Source of the DNA: Puccinia triticina
Taxonomy: Eukaryota
Direction: 5' to 3'
DNA length: 64,000 nucleotides
Assembly: GCA_026914245.1 (NCBI GenBank)
Contig: CP110439.1
Span: forward strand, 2,666,001-2,730,000
In this document: positions 38,505 through 52,321 of the stretch, piece by piece
Numbering within the stretch: position 1 is the stretch's first letter
How the letters are laid out: every line of letters begins with the position of its first letter
Program-made: the position numbers and the translations under genes
Notes under the pieces: generated by a model
Database searches by the model: none
What the model saw: only the letters and a program-made list of their open reading frames with translations
Told to the model about the DNA's origin: nothing

Positions 38505-39394
38505 GTTGAGATGAGTGTTTATGTGGTATTGGACTCCGTCTTTCCTAGGCAGAGGCAGTTGGGTGAGGGGAAAAGGTGCTGTTTAGGCTGCCCTCAATGG
38601 AGGTCCAGATGATGAGTTGCAAAGATTACAAAGGATGGCTTGGTTGGGTTGGATTTCACAAGATACAAGTTTGGGGCATGGATTGGAACAAAGAACAAGG
38701 GCAGAACAGACTCCGCAAGACTCAAGAACTATGATGGTCTTTTTTCTTGGATCAGGCATTCCCATGCCAACCCATCATCTGAGTGTGGACTTGCCCTTGG
38801 AGTCCAGGTAGAACATGTCACAGGAGGCTCCATCCTATCCTTGCCTGTGACACCCACACAGACCATACAACAACACACAAAAGAAAAGAGGAACAACTGT
38901 AGGAAGGAAAAACAAAACATCTAAGCCAAGCCCAAAAACCATGACCATCAAACTTGGCTTCCTGTGGCTCTTGGGGACCAACATGCATCTGAGTCTTGAA
39001 GCAGAACCATGAATATCCCGCGCCGCCCTTCCGCCATCTTGAAGGATCCCATAAACCATCAGTTCCCTGGCCACAACCCAACCCCACCCCCTAATGGGTA
39101 GTTACAATACACTGCAATAACCCCAGTTATCCGCCTAAACGCTTGCTGTTACTATGCTCAGGTGTTACAGCCATTCCAAAAAAGCTTGGATGCTTTGGAG
39201 TAAGGCTGTGACCCGGGGTTTGTGTTGGGGCATGAGTGCTCAGCCCGCACCCTGAACCCCTTATGCCCCAAGGTATGCACCGATCATACCTGTCCCAAGC
39301 AATTTACCCATCAAAATGCAATGCCCCGGGCGTGGGGCATGTCAGAGCACCATCCCAAGCCCTGAACCCCGGGGCATGGGTGTGGGTTACAGCC

Positions 39395-39775
39395 AGGACC
39401 CCGGAAAGCCCCAAGCAAGCCACCTCATGTAAATTCGGCTCATTCCAGGTTTTGGATACGTGGGAAAATTGGGTTTTTCCCAAATAGACCCGGTTTAGAT
39501 ATGTGGTACATGAGGAGGATCTTTTGGGAGAAAGCCCCAGCGGGGCAAAATTGGATGCAAAATGTCTTTTTGGTTGGGAAATGAACCCAAGCCCTAAACA
39601 GTTGGTTTTTATTTCAAGGCAAACCCCAATAAATACCAATTACATTAGGACCATCTTGGACAAATATATCAATTTGGATACATATTTACTGATTTACATG
39701 AGGAACATTTTGCAAAAAAATGTCCCCCGGACATGTGCTACATGAGGCGGCTTTGTATGGGCTCTCCGGGGTTCT
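39395..39775. mobile_element. MITE with 8-bp TSD
   Basis: TTACAGCC on both flanks, TIR AGGACCCCGGAAAGCCC...CCTCATGTA; second copy at 62419-63914. Confidence 0.8.
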
Positions 39776-40843
39776 TTACAGCCTGTGGGACTTTCCAACC
39801 TTGTATGCAATAAAGTGACAAGGTTGGACATTTTGATATATGCAGGATGCCTATATCAAAATCAGGCAAGCTCAATCAGAGACTTCTAGATGGTTTTCCT
39901 GGATTTTGATTCCAGAATCAGAATCCTTGACCAATTTTCACCCTAGACTCCCATTCCCATCAACGCACCCAGGTGTCATGCTTGCGGGGATTGATATCCA
40001 TCTGTCAAACCTTGTTGTTGGATACACACAGGTTGGCAAATCCAGAAAGAATTTCCGCAGGAAATTCCATCCAAAGAAGCCAAGCTTTTTCGGCATATCC
40101 GTAACAACTGTTATGGTATAGGGTTATATTTCAGTATTAGCATATGTATTTAGAGCATGTTTATATCCTGTTTCTCTGTTACTCTAAAAGACTCCTCCCC
40201 TGGGTGCCGGTGAACTCTTCTTTTCCTCACTCTCTCTTGTTTTCTCTTCACCGGCATCCCAGAGCGTAAGAACAACTTGTTTTAAGCCCGGGCCAGAATT
40301 TGTGATGTGTTACTCGCATTATTAGTAACGTAACGCGTTAAGCGCTGGATAACGAGATAAAGAGGGGCAGATGGCCCCCTCCGACTAATCAATATCTGCC
40401 CCACCGTGCCAGCGAATATCACAACAGACATCAAATAATAAAATTCTTTGAGTGGCAATATCACAACGCACTTCCGTTTGACAGTAGCGAGCAAAAAATT
40501 GTCGTGATATCGGCACGTTACCGATAACCGTGCCGGACCTACCCACCACCCCACATTTGTCCCCTTCCCTTCCTTTACCTCTCCTCTCCCCGCTCCCTAT
40601 CCTCTTTGTGTCAGACAACACACTGACACGACGCTCATGGGGAATAGACACGAGCCGGAATCATTGCACCACGTTCTGATGATAATCTTTGGAATCACAC
40701 GATAGAAAGAGAAAGAAAGAGAGGGGTCGTCGACCACCGGCTGACGGAAAGAAGCTGTGACCCAGAGTTCGTTTTTCGGGTTTAGTTTAGAAGAAGAAAA
40801 GAAAGGGGATTGGAGCGCGTGCCGAGAGCGGGCGCCGGGCAGG

Positions 40844-43800
40844 TCACTCGAAGGTCGGTTTCTTCGGCAACGGATGGACCAGCGTGTGGTGAGGATGAGG
40901 CTGGGGATGCGGCGGCAGAGCGTTAGCCGCCGGGAGGGCAGACGGAGGGGGCGGAGGGGGGTGCCACATAGGCTGCGGCAGCGCAGCATGAGCCGGCCCA
41001 GGAAGTCCCGATGGCGCACGAGCCGCGGAGGAGGAAGGGGCAGAGCCGGGGCCGCCCTCGCCGGACAGGACCTGCGGGCCGTTGTGTGGGTAGTGCATGC
41101 CGGGGAGGTGGTGGTGGTGGAGCTGTCCGGGGCGGGGCGGGGCCGCCTGGAGGTGGTGGTGCGCGGCGGGGCCAGAGATAGACGGCGGAGGCGGAGACGG
41201 GAAGGCGGGCATTCCGGGGATCGGCTTCGCGGGCAGAGCCGCGCCAGCAGGGATCGGCGAAGGGAGGACGGGGTCGGGGTAGTGGGCGTGCAGGGAGACT
41301 GCGGGCCGGGTTTCCTGCCCCTCCTCCTCGCCTTCCTCCTCCTCCTCGTCGTCGTCGTCGGCTTTCGAGGACTGACTGGGCCCGGCCTCGTCGTTGTTTT
41401 CCTGGATCGCGACGCCGTCGAGCGACGAGGGCGCAGGAGGCGCGGAGGGGCCCTCCAGAGGGGCCTCGCTGTTGACGCCGGGCGGAGGGTCGGCCTGGTC
41501 TTGGGTGGCCGATTCGGCGGCGGCAAGCGTGGTGGTGATCGGCGGCAACGAGTGCGGCCGGCCGGGGTCCTCCGGAGACCGGGCGGGCTCGGCAAAGGAG
41601 ACCGGGTCGGGATAGCTGCTGGCGGGCCTCTCGCCCATCATGTGCTGGTACTGGGAGTCGAACACGATCGGCGACGCGCCGGACGGTCGCCGCGAGTTGT
41701 GGCCATTCAGATAGCTGTTGTGCTCGGCCGGCGAGGCTTGCGAGCCCGCGTGCGAGTCCCGCCGATGGAAACTCGCCGTGGGTGATAGTTGGGAGTGCTG
41801 GGACCCGTCGGTCGGCGAGAGTTGTGGGTGCTGTTTAGCATTCAAAGTCGTCGATGATGAAGCTTGAGGATTCAAGCTTGCGGTAGGCGAGATTCCTGGC
41901 TGGCTGTGTGTGCTACCAGTAGGGGAGATTTCCTGTGATTGTTGCTTCAAGCCTTTCAACCTGTCCTCGACCTTTTGTCGATGTTGCTACAAGAACGAAG
42001 AGTGATATTAGTGCTTCACGTATTTCTAATGAATGATGTATCTCTTTTGTTGCTCACTCGATTTTTCAAGTGCACGTCGAAGTTTGTGAATGATTCGCCG
42101 GGACCGACGGTATAGAGCTGTCAAAAGAAACCCAAGTTAGAGCTGACCCAGCGGAGCGCCAGCCGAGGCAAAAACAGAGACAAACTTTTCCAGGACAATC
42201 CATGCACTTGATCCTCCAATCGCAGCCCACGATGACAGGAGGTTGACCAGGAGCAAGGACGTCCCTTTTCGGCCTGGGGATCAGTTCGACCTGGTCTGAA
42301 GGCCAGTCAGCGCGGATCTTTTCGCGCGCAGCAAGCATCCATGCCGGCGGTTCGAACTTAAGAGCAGCGCTGATCGGCGGCGGCACCCGCCCGTTGGTCA
42401 TCGAGCGTCGCGGCTCGCTCCTCAGACTTTTGCCCCCGCCTACTGAGCCTGAGATTGAGCCGGAACGAGAGCCTGGGTGGGTTACGGACTTTGCTTGGCT
42501 TTCCTCAGGGGTCTTGCTCCCGTTCTTGGTTTTCTCGGACGAGTCCTTCGATCGGGGCTCTTTCTTCTTCTGGTTTTCCTGTCGAGTCCCCATCACGGGC
42601 GGAGATTTCGAACCTGCTGGGCGGTCGGGGCCGTCTTCGTTCTTTGCAGAACCTTTCTTGTTTTTCTCGGCGGTCTTCGTACTACTCCGACGGCTTCTGA
42701 CGCGCGCTGGTTTGGTGGGTTGAGGGGTCGATGTGGATTGCGATCGGGCGTTGGTAGGTGAGTTCGAGTCTGGAGAGTTGCTCTGCTCGGGGGAATCGAT
42801 GATCATCGTCTTGGATATGCTTTTTTGTGCTCGGGTGCTGGGCGGAGGAGCCTCTGAAGATGTCTGGATGCGCGAACGTTTCTTAGGAACAGGTTTTTCC
42901 GAGCCCCCATTAGTCGTTGAGCGGACGGATGCAACAGGGGAAGACTCTCTGGAAGCAGCACTCTTGGTGCTACTCGCAACACTACCAGCGCGATCTTCAC
43001 TACGTCTAAGCTGTTCCGACTTGAGCAGCAAACCCGTCCGACCATCTTTTTTGCGCTTCTTGCTGTTCAGACTGGCAGGAAGGTTTTGGTTTTCAGCTTT
43101 ATTCTTGTCCTTGCGGACGATTTCTTGGTCGGCGATAGCTTGTTTGGCTTTGTCAGCTTCCAATTTAAGGCTCGTATGATAGTCGGCCGAAGTGTTGTAA
43201 AGGGTAGGTCGGTTTCTTTTATACCGATGCAGGTATCTCCCTATTGCTCGAAAGGTGTCCAGAGGATCAATACTGGTACATGGATGCAGGCTAGATCAAG
43301 TCGCAGTACGTACCACATTCGCCACAAAGGGTATCTTTTCCGCCCATTCCTTTCCGCCTGCCCACAGCGATCGACTCAGGGCAGCCGCAATTACTGCAGT
43401 GCCAAACACCGTCGACCATAGGATCATGCAGACCAAGAGACTCCCAATTGACCCCGCCACCCCCGCCACGAGTACGAGATCCGGCAGGAGTGGGCTTCTT
43501 GGACGCATTGGCGTTGGACGATGGATCGGCTTTGTTGTTGGTCTTCTTGTTGGATGCACTGGGCACAGGCGTACCAGCATTGCTTGGCGTGGGCGCGTCA
43601 TCCTTTTCGACTGTCGGGTTCGACTCAGTCGTTTTGGGAGGCGTGCCAGCAGGCGCAACATCCGCAGTCGCACCGCGCAGCCTGCGAGAGACTCGGCTGC
43701 CGGTAGCTTTGTTGGGTGTACCCAACTGGCTGTCAGGGATCTGGACTTCTTTGCTGACGGGGATATGTTTTTTCGGCGGGAGTTCTTTGGGAGTGGGTGC

Positions 43801-45990
43801 GTAAGTACATACAGGTGATATACAAACAGTCTTGATAAATCAACTCACCGGATGGCTCAGGTATTTCGACAGCCGATTCTTCGATGGCAAACGGTTCAGC
43901 GACAGGTTGGATAGGCACGATCAAATCCTCGTTCTCGTTCTGATAGGGCAGCACCATCTTGAGACCTTGGATGGGTACGATACTGCGGACGGTGCGCTGG
44001 GATTCCCGGTCGGGTAGGGTGATACCTCGGCGGCTACGAGTCTGTCGGCGCTTCCTGCGTGCCTCTCGATCGTGCTCTTTCTCCTGACGATCAAGCTCTT
44101 CGGCGTTGAGGAGATTGAGGAATGGGGTGAAGTCGTCCACCTGGCCTGTCCGAATCGGATCGGTGACTCGTTGTAGAAATGCATATCGTAGCTCGTCATT
44201 TGGCACGGGGTAGCCATTGGTGTGCTCCACTAGGGCCAATGATTTCACGTAGGTTTCGATCTGTTCGCGAATAGAGTGCGCAATCGCTGTCCTGAAATGA
44301 CAAAAAAAAAGGCAGTTCTAGCCATGACTTCCACGTATGTGAGTTTGATAGGGGAGAAGAGCACATACTTGAATTCGCCACCGAGGCCCAAATCATTAGC
44401 ATAGACCTCGACAAATTCTTCTGGGGAATTGTTGAGTTCGCTGATTTCCCATTCGAAGCGATCGGTGAGATGGATATTACCGGAGATGATATCGAGGTTG
44501 ATGGGGATCCTTAGTTCGTCGTCTCTGAGGTCTGATGAGAGCGGGATGGCTTCTGCGGTTTCGGGTCTGAAGTTCTGGTCGTTGTAGTCGATCAGGCGCG
44601 ATCGGATTGATGACTGGGTGGCCGTGGGGAGGAGGGAGGGCCGATCGAGCTTGGGCCGCTTGGGGCCCCGTGGCAGGTCTGTTGTGAGGTCCGGTTTCAG
44701 CTCGGTCTGATCATCGATGGCCATGATCCGCTGCCTCCACTCGGCCCACCAGGCCTCTTCTTTCTGTTGCTGCTGAAGATCGCTCGTCGGCTGTGGATGA
44801 TCAGGGGGTAAATAGCTGGTGCCCGGATCTGCTCCGGTGGGTTCTTCTTCTTCTGGAGGAACGCTCAACCGACTGGCCAGATGGCCTTCAAAATTTTCGT
44901 GTAGCTTGTACTCTTCCAGCTGTTCTTTGATCGCGCTGACGATCGGACCTGAGAAGTGCTGGATGGGAAGGATCAGGTCTTCGCACAGGTGGACTGCAAA
45001 TTGTTCTGGAGTGACGACTGGTTCTGTTTATAATAGATAAAATGTGTAAAAATGAGCGATGTTGCTAGGACAGGATATTAAGCGGGATTCGGACCTTTGA
45101 GGTTCCAGGTAAAAGTGTCCCTGAGTTTCCAGTGTTCGATCTCGATTTCGAGTCTGATGGGCACTAGGATCTCTTCGGTATTGGAGACCAGTTTGAGGTC
45201 GTGTTTGGTGAGTTTGAGACGGGGCCGGTTCTTGCGTTTGCCGGTGGCTGCGGCTTTATCGGCATCGATCGGCAGCTGGAGGCGGAAGCGGCTGCTGCGG
45301 GTGTGGCTGTGGCCCGCCTCGCCGAGCCAGTCGGAGCGGGTGACGTCGAGGGCCTCGCCGTAGGAGGAGGCGAAGATGGTGCGTTTCTGGCGGCGGCCAT
45401 GGAAGGTGGCACTCTCGTGGGCCTGCTCCTTGGACGCCCAGCGGAAGATGGCCGCCCTGTCGGCATCGGAGATGACCCGTTTGGGGGGCGAGTGGGGGAT
45501 GGTGGATGAGCTGGCGGGATGGTGGTCTGCAGGCTTGGTGCTGTGGGGGTTGCGGGACGAGGAGGGGGAGGGGAACTGGGGGTGATCGAAGGCCTGATCG
45601 GAGTGGATGATCGGGGGCAGATGGTTCTGCTTCGGGGGCGAGTGGGCGGAGACGGTTGAGGAGGGTGATTCGAGGGTGGCCAGGGACGCCGGCCGGTGGC
45701 CGTTGTGCTGGGAGGGGAAGGTGGGCGTGGCCGAGCGCAGTTCGGGTGGGCCGGCGAGGATGGCCGAGCTGGAGCGGTGGAGGGCCGAGCGAGGCTGAAT
45801 CTGAGGGTGGAATGTTGGGGATTGGAGCAGCTGGTGCTGATGTAAGAGATGCTGCTGTTGCTGTTGCTGCTGCTGCTGCTGTTGGAACTTTTTGCGCAGT
45901 TGGGGGTTTTGTTGGAGTTGAAGCTGTTGCTGGTGAAGTTGAAGCTGCTGTTGCTGTTGCTGCTGCTGCTGTTGAAGTTGAAGTTGTTGT

Positions 45991-46028
<38 letters not shown>

Positions 46029-46286
46029 TGGCTGTGGCAGCTGGAAATGGTGTGGCTGGAATTGTTGTTGTTGTTGTTGCTGTTGTTGTTGTTGTTGTTG
46101 TTGCTGTTGGTTGTTTGGGTGTTGCTGCATCGCTTGCTTGGGCTGGGTGCTGCTTTTTTCTGGTTCCGATGTTCGCTTTCCTCTGGACTTTGCCACTTTC
46201 CAGCGAGCACCTGCTCCTTCGCTTCCCTTGGGTGTCTGGCCACCCCGGGGGAGCAAGGCGGGCCACTCGGGGGGAACACTTCTCAT
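40844..46286 (-). CDS. SNF5: SWI/SNF chromatin remodeller subunit Snf5 with polyQ N-terminus, GATA-like Zn finger and long low-complexity tail
   Basis: Snf5 repeats LVPIRLEIE...LRDTFTWN|EPVVTPEQFA and LRIPINLDI...LTDRFEWEI...LGLGGEFK|TAIAHSIREQ; WHCSNCG-...-LCGECG; WRIKCMDCPGK|LY. Start at ATG 46286 or 46130. Confidence 0.92.
45851..46127 (-). repeat. CAG/CAA microsatellite encoding interrupted polyglutamine
   Basis: Long tgc/tgt trinucleotide runs on the plus strand. Confidence 0.95.
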
Positions 46287-47346
46287 CCAATGCCATCAGG
46301 ATCACCACACCACCAATCCATCAACCAACATCTCTTCTGCTTGGCAGCGTGGCCGGCCGGACAACCACGAAGAGCTCTTCTTTTTGAAGCCGTGCATCAT
46401 CGAGCAAAGCCGCCCGGCCCAAAATACATCCAAAATGTATAAATAATTAGAATAGAACCCTTCACGAATGACGTAGCCTGCAGTACAGTATTCGGAATCC
46501 GATCAAACTATTTAGATACCCCAGAAACGTCTGGTGATCTTTCGCAGTTCGAGCACATTGCTCCGGAATCCCAGTGGTACGTAAGTGCTTGTATGCTCAG
46601 AAATGGATGCCCCATTATCATGGACAACTGCCAAGCGCGCATGTCACTGTAAACTCAGATTCTTGCTTCCAGGCTATGTAGCACTTGAAGCATGTTGGAA
46701 GAGCTCCCCTCCCATCTCAGCGTGCTGACATGCCGTGCGCACCGTCAACGCGCACCGCTCATGGCTCGTGTTTGCTCAAAAGCTCACAGGTCAAGCGCCG
46801 GCTCAGATCACTAGAGCTAATATGTATGGGATCTAACCAGCTGATAGACTGGGAAACCGATGACCGAATGGCCTGTTCGTCGTGGCCTACGAAGGGTATC
46901 AGCATCTTTAGGCTGCTTCATTAGCACGGAAACAAACTGTGATTGCCCTCGCCAGCGTGCCACAATGAGAACAGGCGAAAAAAATTAGGAATGGCCATAG
47001 CTTCACCCAATCGGCAACTCAACGGAAATGACGCCGATGACTTTCTGTGACAGTGGCACCATCATTTACTGAAAAAAAATATGTTTCTGATCTTCCTATA
47101 TTCGGGATACAACCTCTATAAGAGCAACACGATGTGCTCCAGAAGTAATGTATTCCGCCAAAAACCTCAAGTGTCGAATACCCCATTTTTCCCAGTACAT
47201 ATATCCTTTCAGTTTTTTTCCAATCATCTTCCTCACTCGCAGGTGCGGCACATACCCATCGACTTGCTATTCTTTTAACTTTTTTTTTTCGGAGCTCTCG
47301 CAGTCCACTGTTTAAATTTCTTCGCCTTAGGTGCTTTGAGACCAAC

Positions 47347-50300
47347 ATGCTTGCATGCTCATTTTCCTTTGTTTTTCTGATTCTTGGTGAGTGATCTGTT
47401 TGTAAGCTGTACCACGGGTTTCCATTTCGTCCCTGCTGATCAAGAACACGCTATTGTTTGTTTGGCTGTAGCGTTGCTGCAAGCTTCGACCCTCCAAGGG
47501 TATCGTCTAGGTCCCCGAAAGTATGTCTGCTCTGAACATTTCCCAAGGCCGAGTTAATGCTGATGATAAGTCGGCAACCATAGCCTTCCGTCTGCGGCTG
47601 CAAGCTTGGGCGGGACTAGCGCCGGCGAAGTCGAGTTCGCAACCATCGTTCAAGGATGGTCCGCCGTTCCCTGGGCGTTCTCGAAGTGTCGATCGACCTT
47701 CGAAAGCCGCCCTGCGGCCAAATTGGCCACACAGGCCATCACCACCCTCGAATCCTCCATCAAGATTGTCGTCGCCCAGCATAGCACTTGCAAATTATGC
47801 CGTTCCTTGGGCACTCAGAGCACCTACTACGTACGCATTTGCTCCCTTCTTGTGGCTATATCCACCACGTCGTGTGCTTATCCTTTTGTTTCTTCAGGTC
47901 GAATTCGAACAAATCATACGTCAAATCTTCCTCAGCTGGCAAAGCGTACTTCTTGACGGATCCCAGAAGTATGAGCAGGAGTGGAAGACATCTATCGGCT
48001 GTAAGCAATGCAGCATTTTTCTGGATTCTTGTAACTCTGACTGACTCCTCCTTGTCCCAACTTTTTCACACTGCAGTGGGCTTTAAAACCTTTGACACGT
48101 TCTTAACCACCGTATACAACATGTGCATCTCCCTCCAGATTGACCTGTCGCTGATTTTTAAGAGCATTCACTTGAACTACCAATTGTTCAATGAAGTCGG
48201 CCTCAATCTTGTTCAAATTCTGAAGCTCAACATCGGTGTTAGCGCCACGGGTCAATCACCCCAGGGGGGCATTCAAAGCAGTACTGCCAACGGAAAGCAG
48301 CCTCTACCCAAGTTGCCAAATACTCCTGCATCGTCATCCGGTACTGCCCCAGCAAATTCTACGCTGCCTCGTGGAAGCCTTCAAAGTGCCACTTCTAGCC
48401 AAAACCAGCCTCCAACCAATGCGGCATCAACCCCAGCCCCCGCCCCCGGTACTGCACCGGCAAATTCTACGCTGCCTCATGGAAGCCTTCAAAGTGCTAC
48501 TTCCAGCCAAAACCAGCCTCCAGCCAATGCGGCATCAACTCGAGCCCCCGCGCCTGGCGCACCAGCAAGCAACACCAGGAGTAGCCCCGCCGGAGTGAGC
48601 CCAGGCGCGAATACCAATTTAGGGCAGGCGGCTTCTTCGCGACCTGGTGGACAAGGGCTATCTGTCATCGTGCAGGCTTGGTCTGGCCTTCCGATCGCCT
48701 TTGGAAAGGTTAAAACGATGTTCGACCAAAAGGTTCCAGCATCAGTGGCCTTGCAAGCTGTTGGCACCCTACACGCGACAGTCCAATCTGCCATCTCGCG
48801 CTTCGGGACTTGCAAATCGTGCACCAGTTTAAATGCTTCAGATGCCTCTTACGTATGTTTGCTCTTCGGCTCCAAATTCATTCCTGAAATTTCTTCTAAC
48901 CCAAGACCTTTGATCATCGTTGCAATATCAGACGGAATTCCAGAGGTTAATTCGTGAGATATTCACTGCGTGGCAGAGCTTACTGTTAGCAGGAGAGCAG
49001 CAATATAAAGCCCAGTGGAGCGGTTCATTCAAAGGTTTGTCTTTCCGAGTTCATGTCTCTGTCATTGTCTTGTGACGCTAACTACATCAATCATTCTTCA
49101 GCCGAATTCGCTAAGTTTGACCAGTTTCTGGTTGCGGTCTACGATATTTCTACTTCAATCAAACTCGACCTTCGATCACTATTCGTGGCGCTTCATTTGA
49201 ATGTTGAAGTCTTTATTAGTGCTGGTCTTAACCTTTCCGCCCGCCTGAATATCCCCCAATTGAGTGGGTTTATTGGAAGCAGACTGCAAGGTGGATCCAC
49301 TCCAGTGGCCGGCGGAGTCACTCCGATTTCTGGAGTAGCGTCGACAGGAGTCACCCCAACTTCTGGAGTAGCATCACCAGGCTTGAAAGGAGTTCACCCA
49401 GTGAACGCTCAGGTCACTCCAGGAGCCGGCACATTGGATACAGGCGCAAGCGGCTTAGGCATGGTAAACAGCCCCGGTGAAAAGGGGCTGTCGCTCATTG
49501 TACAAGGATGGTCCACGCTTCCCAAGGCCTTTGCTGATTTGCAAGCCGCCTTTGAAAGACGCGTGTCGGTGAGTGCGGCAGTCCAGGCAGTAGCTTCTTT
49601 GCATGCAACCATTCAAGCATCGATGTCGCGCTACGGAACCTGTGATTCGTGTGCCGGTCTGGCTGCCAGTAGCCCCAGTTTGGTAAATCTTTCCTCACTA
49701 TCCATTCACCTTACGTTCTTCCATTGACCCTATTCACCCGTTTCGAAAATGCTGCAGGTCAAATTTCGGGACTTGATTGCCCAGATCTTCACCTCTTGGC
49801 AAAACGCCCTTGAAGTTGGCCAGAGAACCTACCAGCTCCAATGGAAAAGCTCAGTCGGACGTGAGTACAACCCACTCAGTTTCATCCGCGTATCGTGACG
49901 CTGTCTTGGGCTGACTTTAGCTGGGTTTATTGCAGTTGAATTCAAGAAGTTTGATAGTTTTTGGCTCGCCATCAAGAACTTATCCGCCTCTGTTCGCCTC
50001 AACCTTGGTGCCCTCCTGAGCAGCATCCATTTGAAAGCCTCTGCCTTTGCGGACGTGGGCATCGACGTAGGAGCAGGATTGCAGATCAGCGCGGGAGCTG
50101 GCTCTGACCCACAAGCTATGCAGGCCAGCACGTCGAAAATGCCGGCGCACGACATCTCGGCTCTGGTATATGGGTGGGCAGCTTTACCAAGCGCATTCCT
50201 CAAATGTCAATCCACTTTGGAGGGCCACGCATCGTTCAGTGTGGCATTCGAAGCCATTGCTTCCTTACGCGCTACCTTGCAGTCGACTATCTCAACCTAC

Positions 50301-50823
50301 GGATCTTGCAACTCGTGCAACACGCCATACCCTCAAAGCGCCCTGGCTGTAAGACCTTTCAATCACTTTACATATCCGTCTCTGAAAACTAACGCGGCTT
50401 TGCTCCTGCAGGTCCACTTCAGAGGAATTATCAGTCAAATTTTCCTATCGTGGCAAAGAATCATCTCCATCGGAAGAGCGAACTATGCGGCTCAGTGGTT
50501 GATTCTCTCACGCCGTAATTCTCTTTTCCCCCCTTCAATCCGATTGACGCGTCAAAGCTGACAATTCTCTCTCCCCAGAATTCAAACAATTTTCTCTGTT
50601 CCTATCGTCAGTGAAGGACATCTGTAGCTCGCTGAAGATTAACCTTGGCAAACTATTTCAAGAAATCAACATCAATGCGAACTTGTTCACGGACGTTGGA
50701 CTCAACCTTCATGCTCACCTCGATCTCAACATCGGCGGCCAAACCGGCGGGGGGAGGTGCACTGGAAATTTCCTAAACCTAGGCTTCAGCAATTGTTTGT
50801 TTGGCGGTTTCCATGGGATTTGA
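47347..50823 (+). CDS. Secreted ~920-aa protein with four tandem copies of a ~140-aa CxxC-containing domain; candidate effector or cell-surface protein
   Basis: Signal-peptide-like MLACSFSFVFLILALLQA. Eleven exons with GT-AG introns in consistent phase. Each repeat reads IVQGW..P.AF...CxxC...|F...I.QIF.SWQ...W...|F..F...GLNL. Confidence 0.85.
48340..48555 (+). repeat. 108-bp (36-aa) tandem duplication in the linker
   Basis: GTAPANSTLP(R/H)GSLQSATSSQNQPP(T/A)NAAST occurs twice, starting at 48340 and 48448. Confidence 0.92.
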
Positions 50824-52321
50824 ATCAAGACGACAGACTTGTAAATACTTCTACATACACAATTTAACTGTAGACACATGTACTATCATTTTCCTCAACC
50901 ATGCCCAAGTCCATCAATGCCACACGTTATCATTTCAAGCATTGACCAACTGCAGTCTTTGGCACATCCTCTCCCCGAGAGTACCTTAAAGCGAGTCGGT
51001 GTTTGTGCGGCAGTCTTCTACGCTGGTGACATCACAGCAAACCCTGAAGTAACCCTCTGCAGAAATTCTATTCTTGAGGTTTGATTATGAATAAATAACC
51101 AGAAGTGAGCAATCACGGACATGTTAGGTCAGGTGTAGCTACAAACTCACATATAAGCCCTCCAACTAACCACTGTCCAGATTTTAATGAATAGAAGGAA
51201 GTGAGACAGTCACACATAACTGACAGTCTATTTCACACATCAGATGTTGTTGAGGAGACACCCAAGCCATGTTTCTAGGACAACTGTGAATCAAAGATTT
51301 AGAAGAAAGTGGATGTGGAAAAGGCCCATCAATTTCCAACATTATGGTACACATTTTCCAATTTAAGTGTCATAAGTGCAAATGCACATTAATAATTGTT
51401 TTGGATTGTGTGATGCAGGATATGTTGGAAGATTTTACTGCACTGTGTTGCTGAGGAAATTTTTTTGAAAATCCTAATTCCTGGTAGTCTTCTGGGTCAT
51501 ATTTGTGAGATTGGTGCTGGTCACCCAGGTCTGCAATCTCACAAATCAAGTATTGTTGTTGGAGAAAGTTGGTCCCTGCACAAAGTGTCCAGGAACCAGC
51601 TCCCTCTACAAGATATATCCCGGGAAAGTCAAGTGGTGTACCCAAACAACCAAGTTTTGGCAGGTTAAGGATCCTTGGGGTGGTGCTCCTGGGGGACCAG
51701 GCCTGTGGCACAATTTTTGGAATTATTATTTCTTTTTTTTTTTGCATAATAAGGATGCATCCAAAGATTCTCTAATTTTTGGGTTGGGGCAAGGAAGACC
51801 GCCTCTTTTGATTTATCAAAAACAAATTTGGAAAACCCCTCTGCTTCTTTTGGTAGAGATCACTGTGCGCAAAGTTTTTTTAGGTTTTTGCAAAGTTTTT
51901 TTAGGTTTTCACACACAGCGAGGTTGGGGGACGGTCTATTCTGTGGGAAAATAGTTTTTTGCTGCTGCGCAAAGTAGGTTTGACTCTGTGAAAATAGTAT
52001 ACAAAATTTGCAGCAAAACCCCCCAAATAAAAACTGTTTTAGAAGTGATAGGTCTGGTCTAGTTCCAGATTAAGTTGTTTGATTATAGGTATGTGAAAGA
52101 TGTGAGATTTTATGATGAGTGAGAAGGGTGAAAGTTGACCATGATGGTTCCGGTGGGGATTGAACACAGGTCCTCAAGAGGGTGATATATAGAGAGAAGA
52201 GTGCCTAGGCTGAGATGGATATATGTCTCAGTTGGGATTTGAACTAGGGTCCAGATAGCTTGTGACAGGCATGTGATATGTCTGTCAGAAAAGAAATGGC
52301 TCCACAAGGACTCAAACCCGG

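Noticed and set aside
40597..46442. Long overlapping alternative-frame and antisense ORFs (poly-L, poly-A/T, Arg-rich)
   Set aside because: Shadows of the GC-rich and CAG-repeat SNF5 coding sequence.
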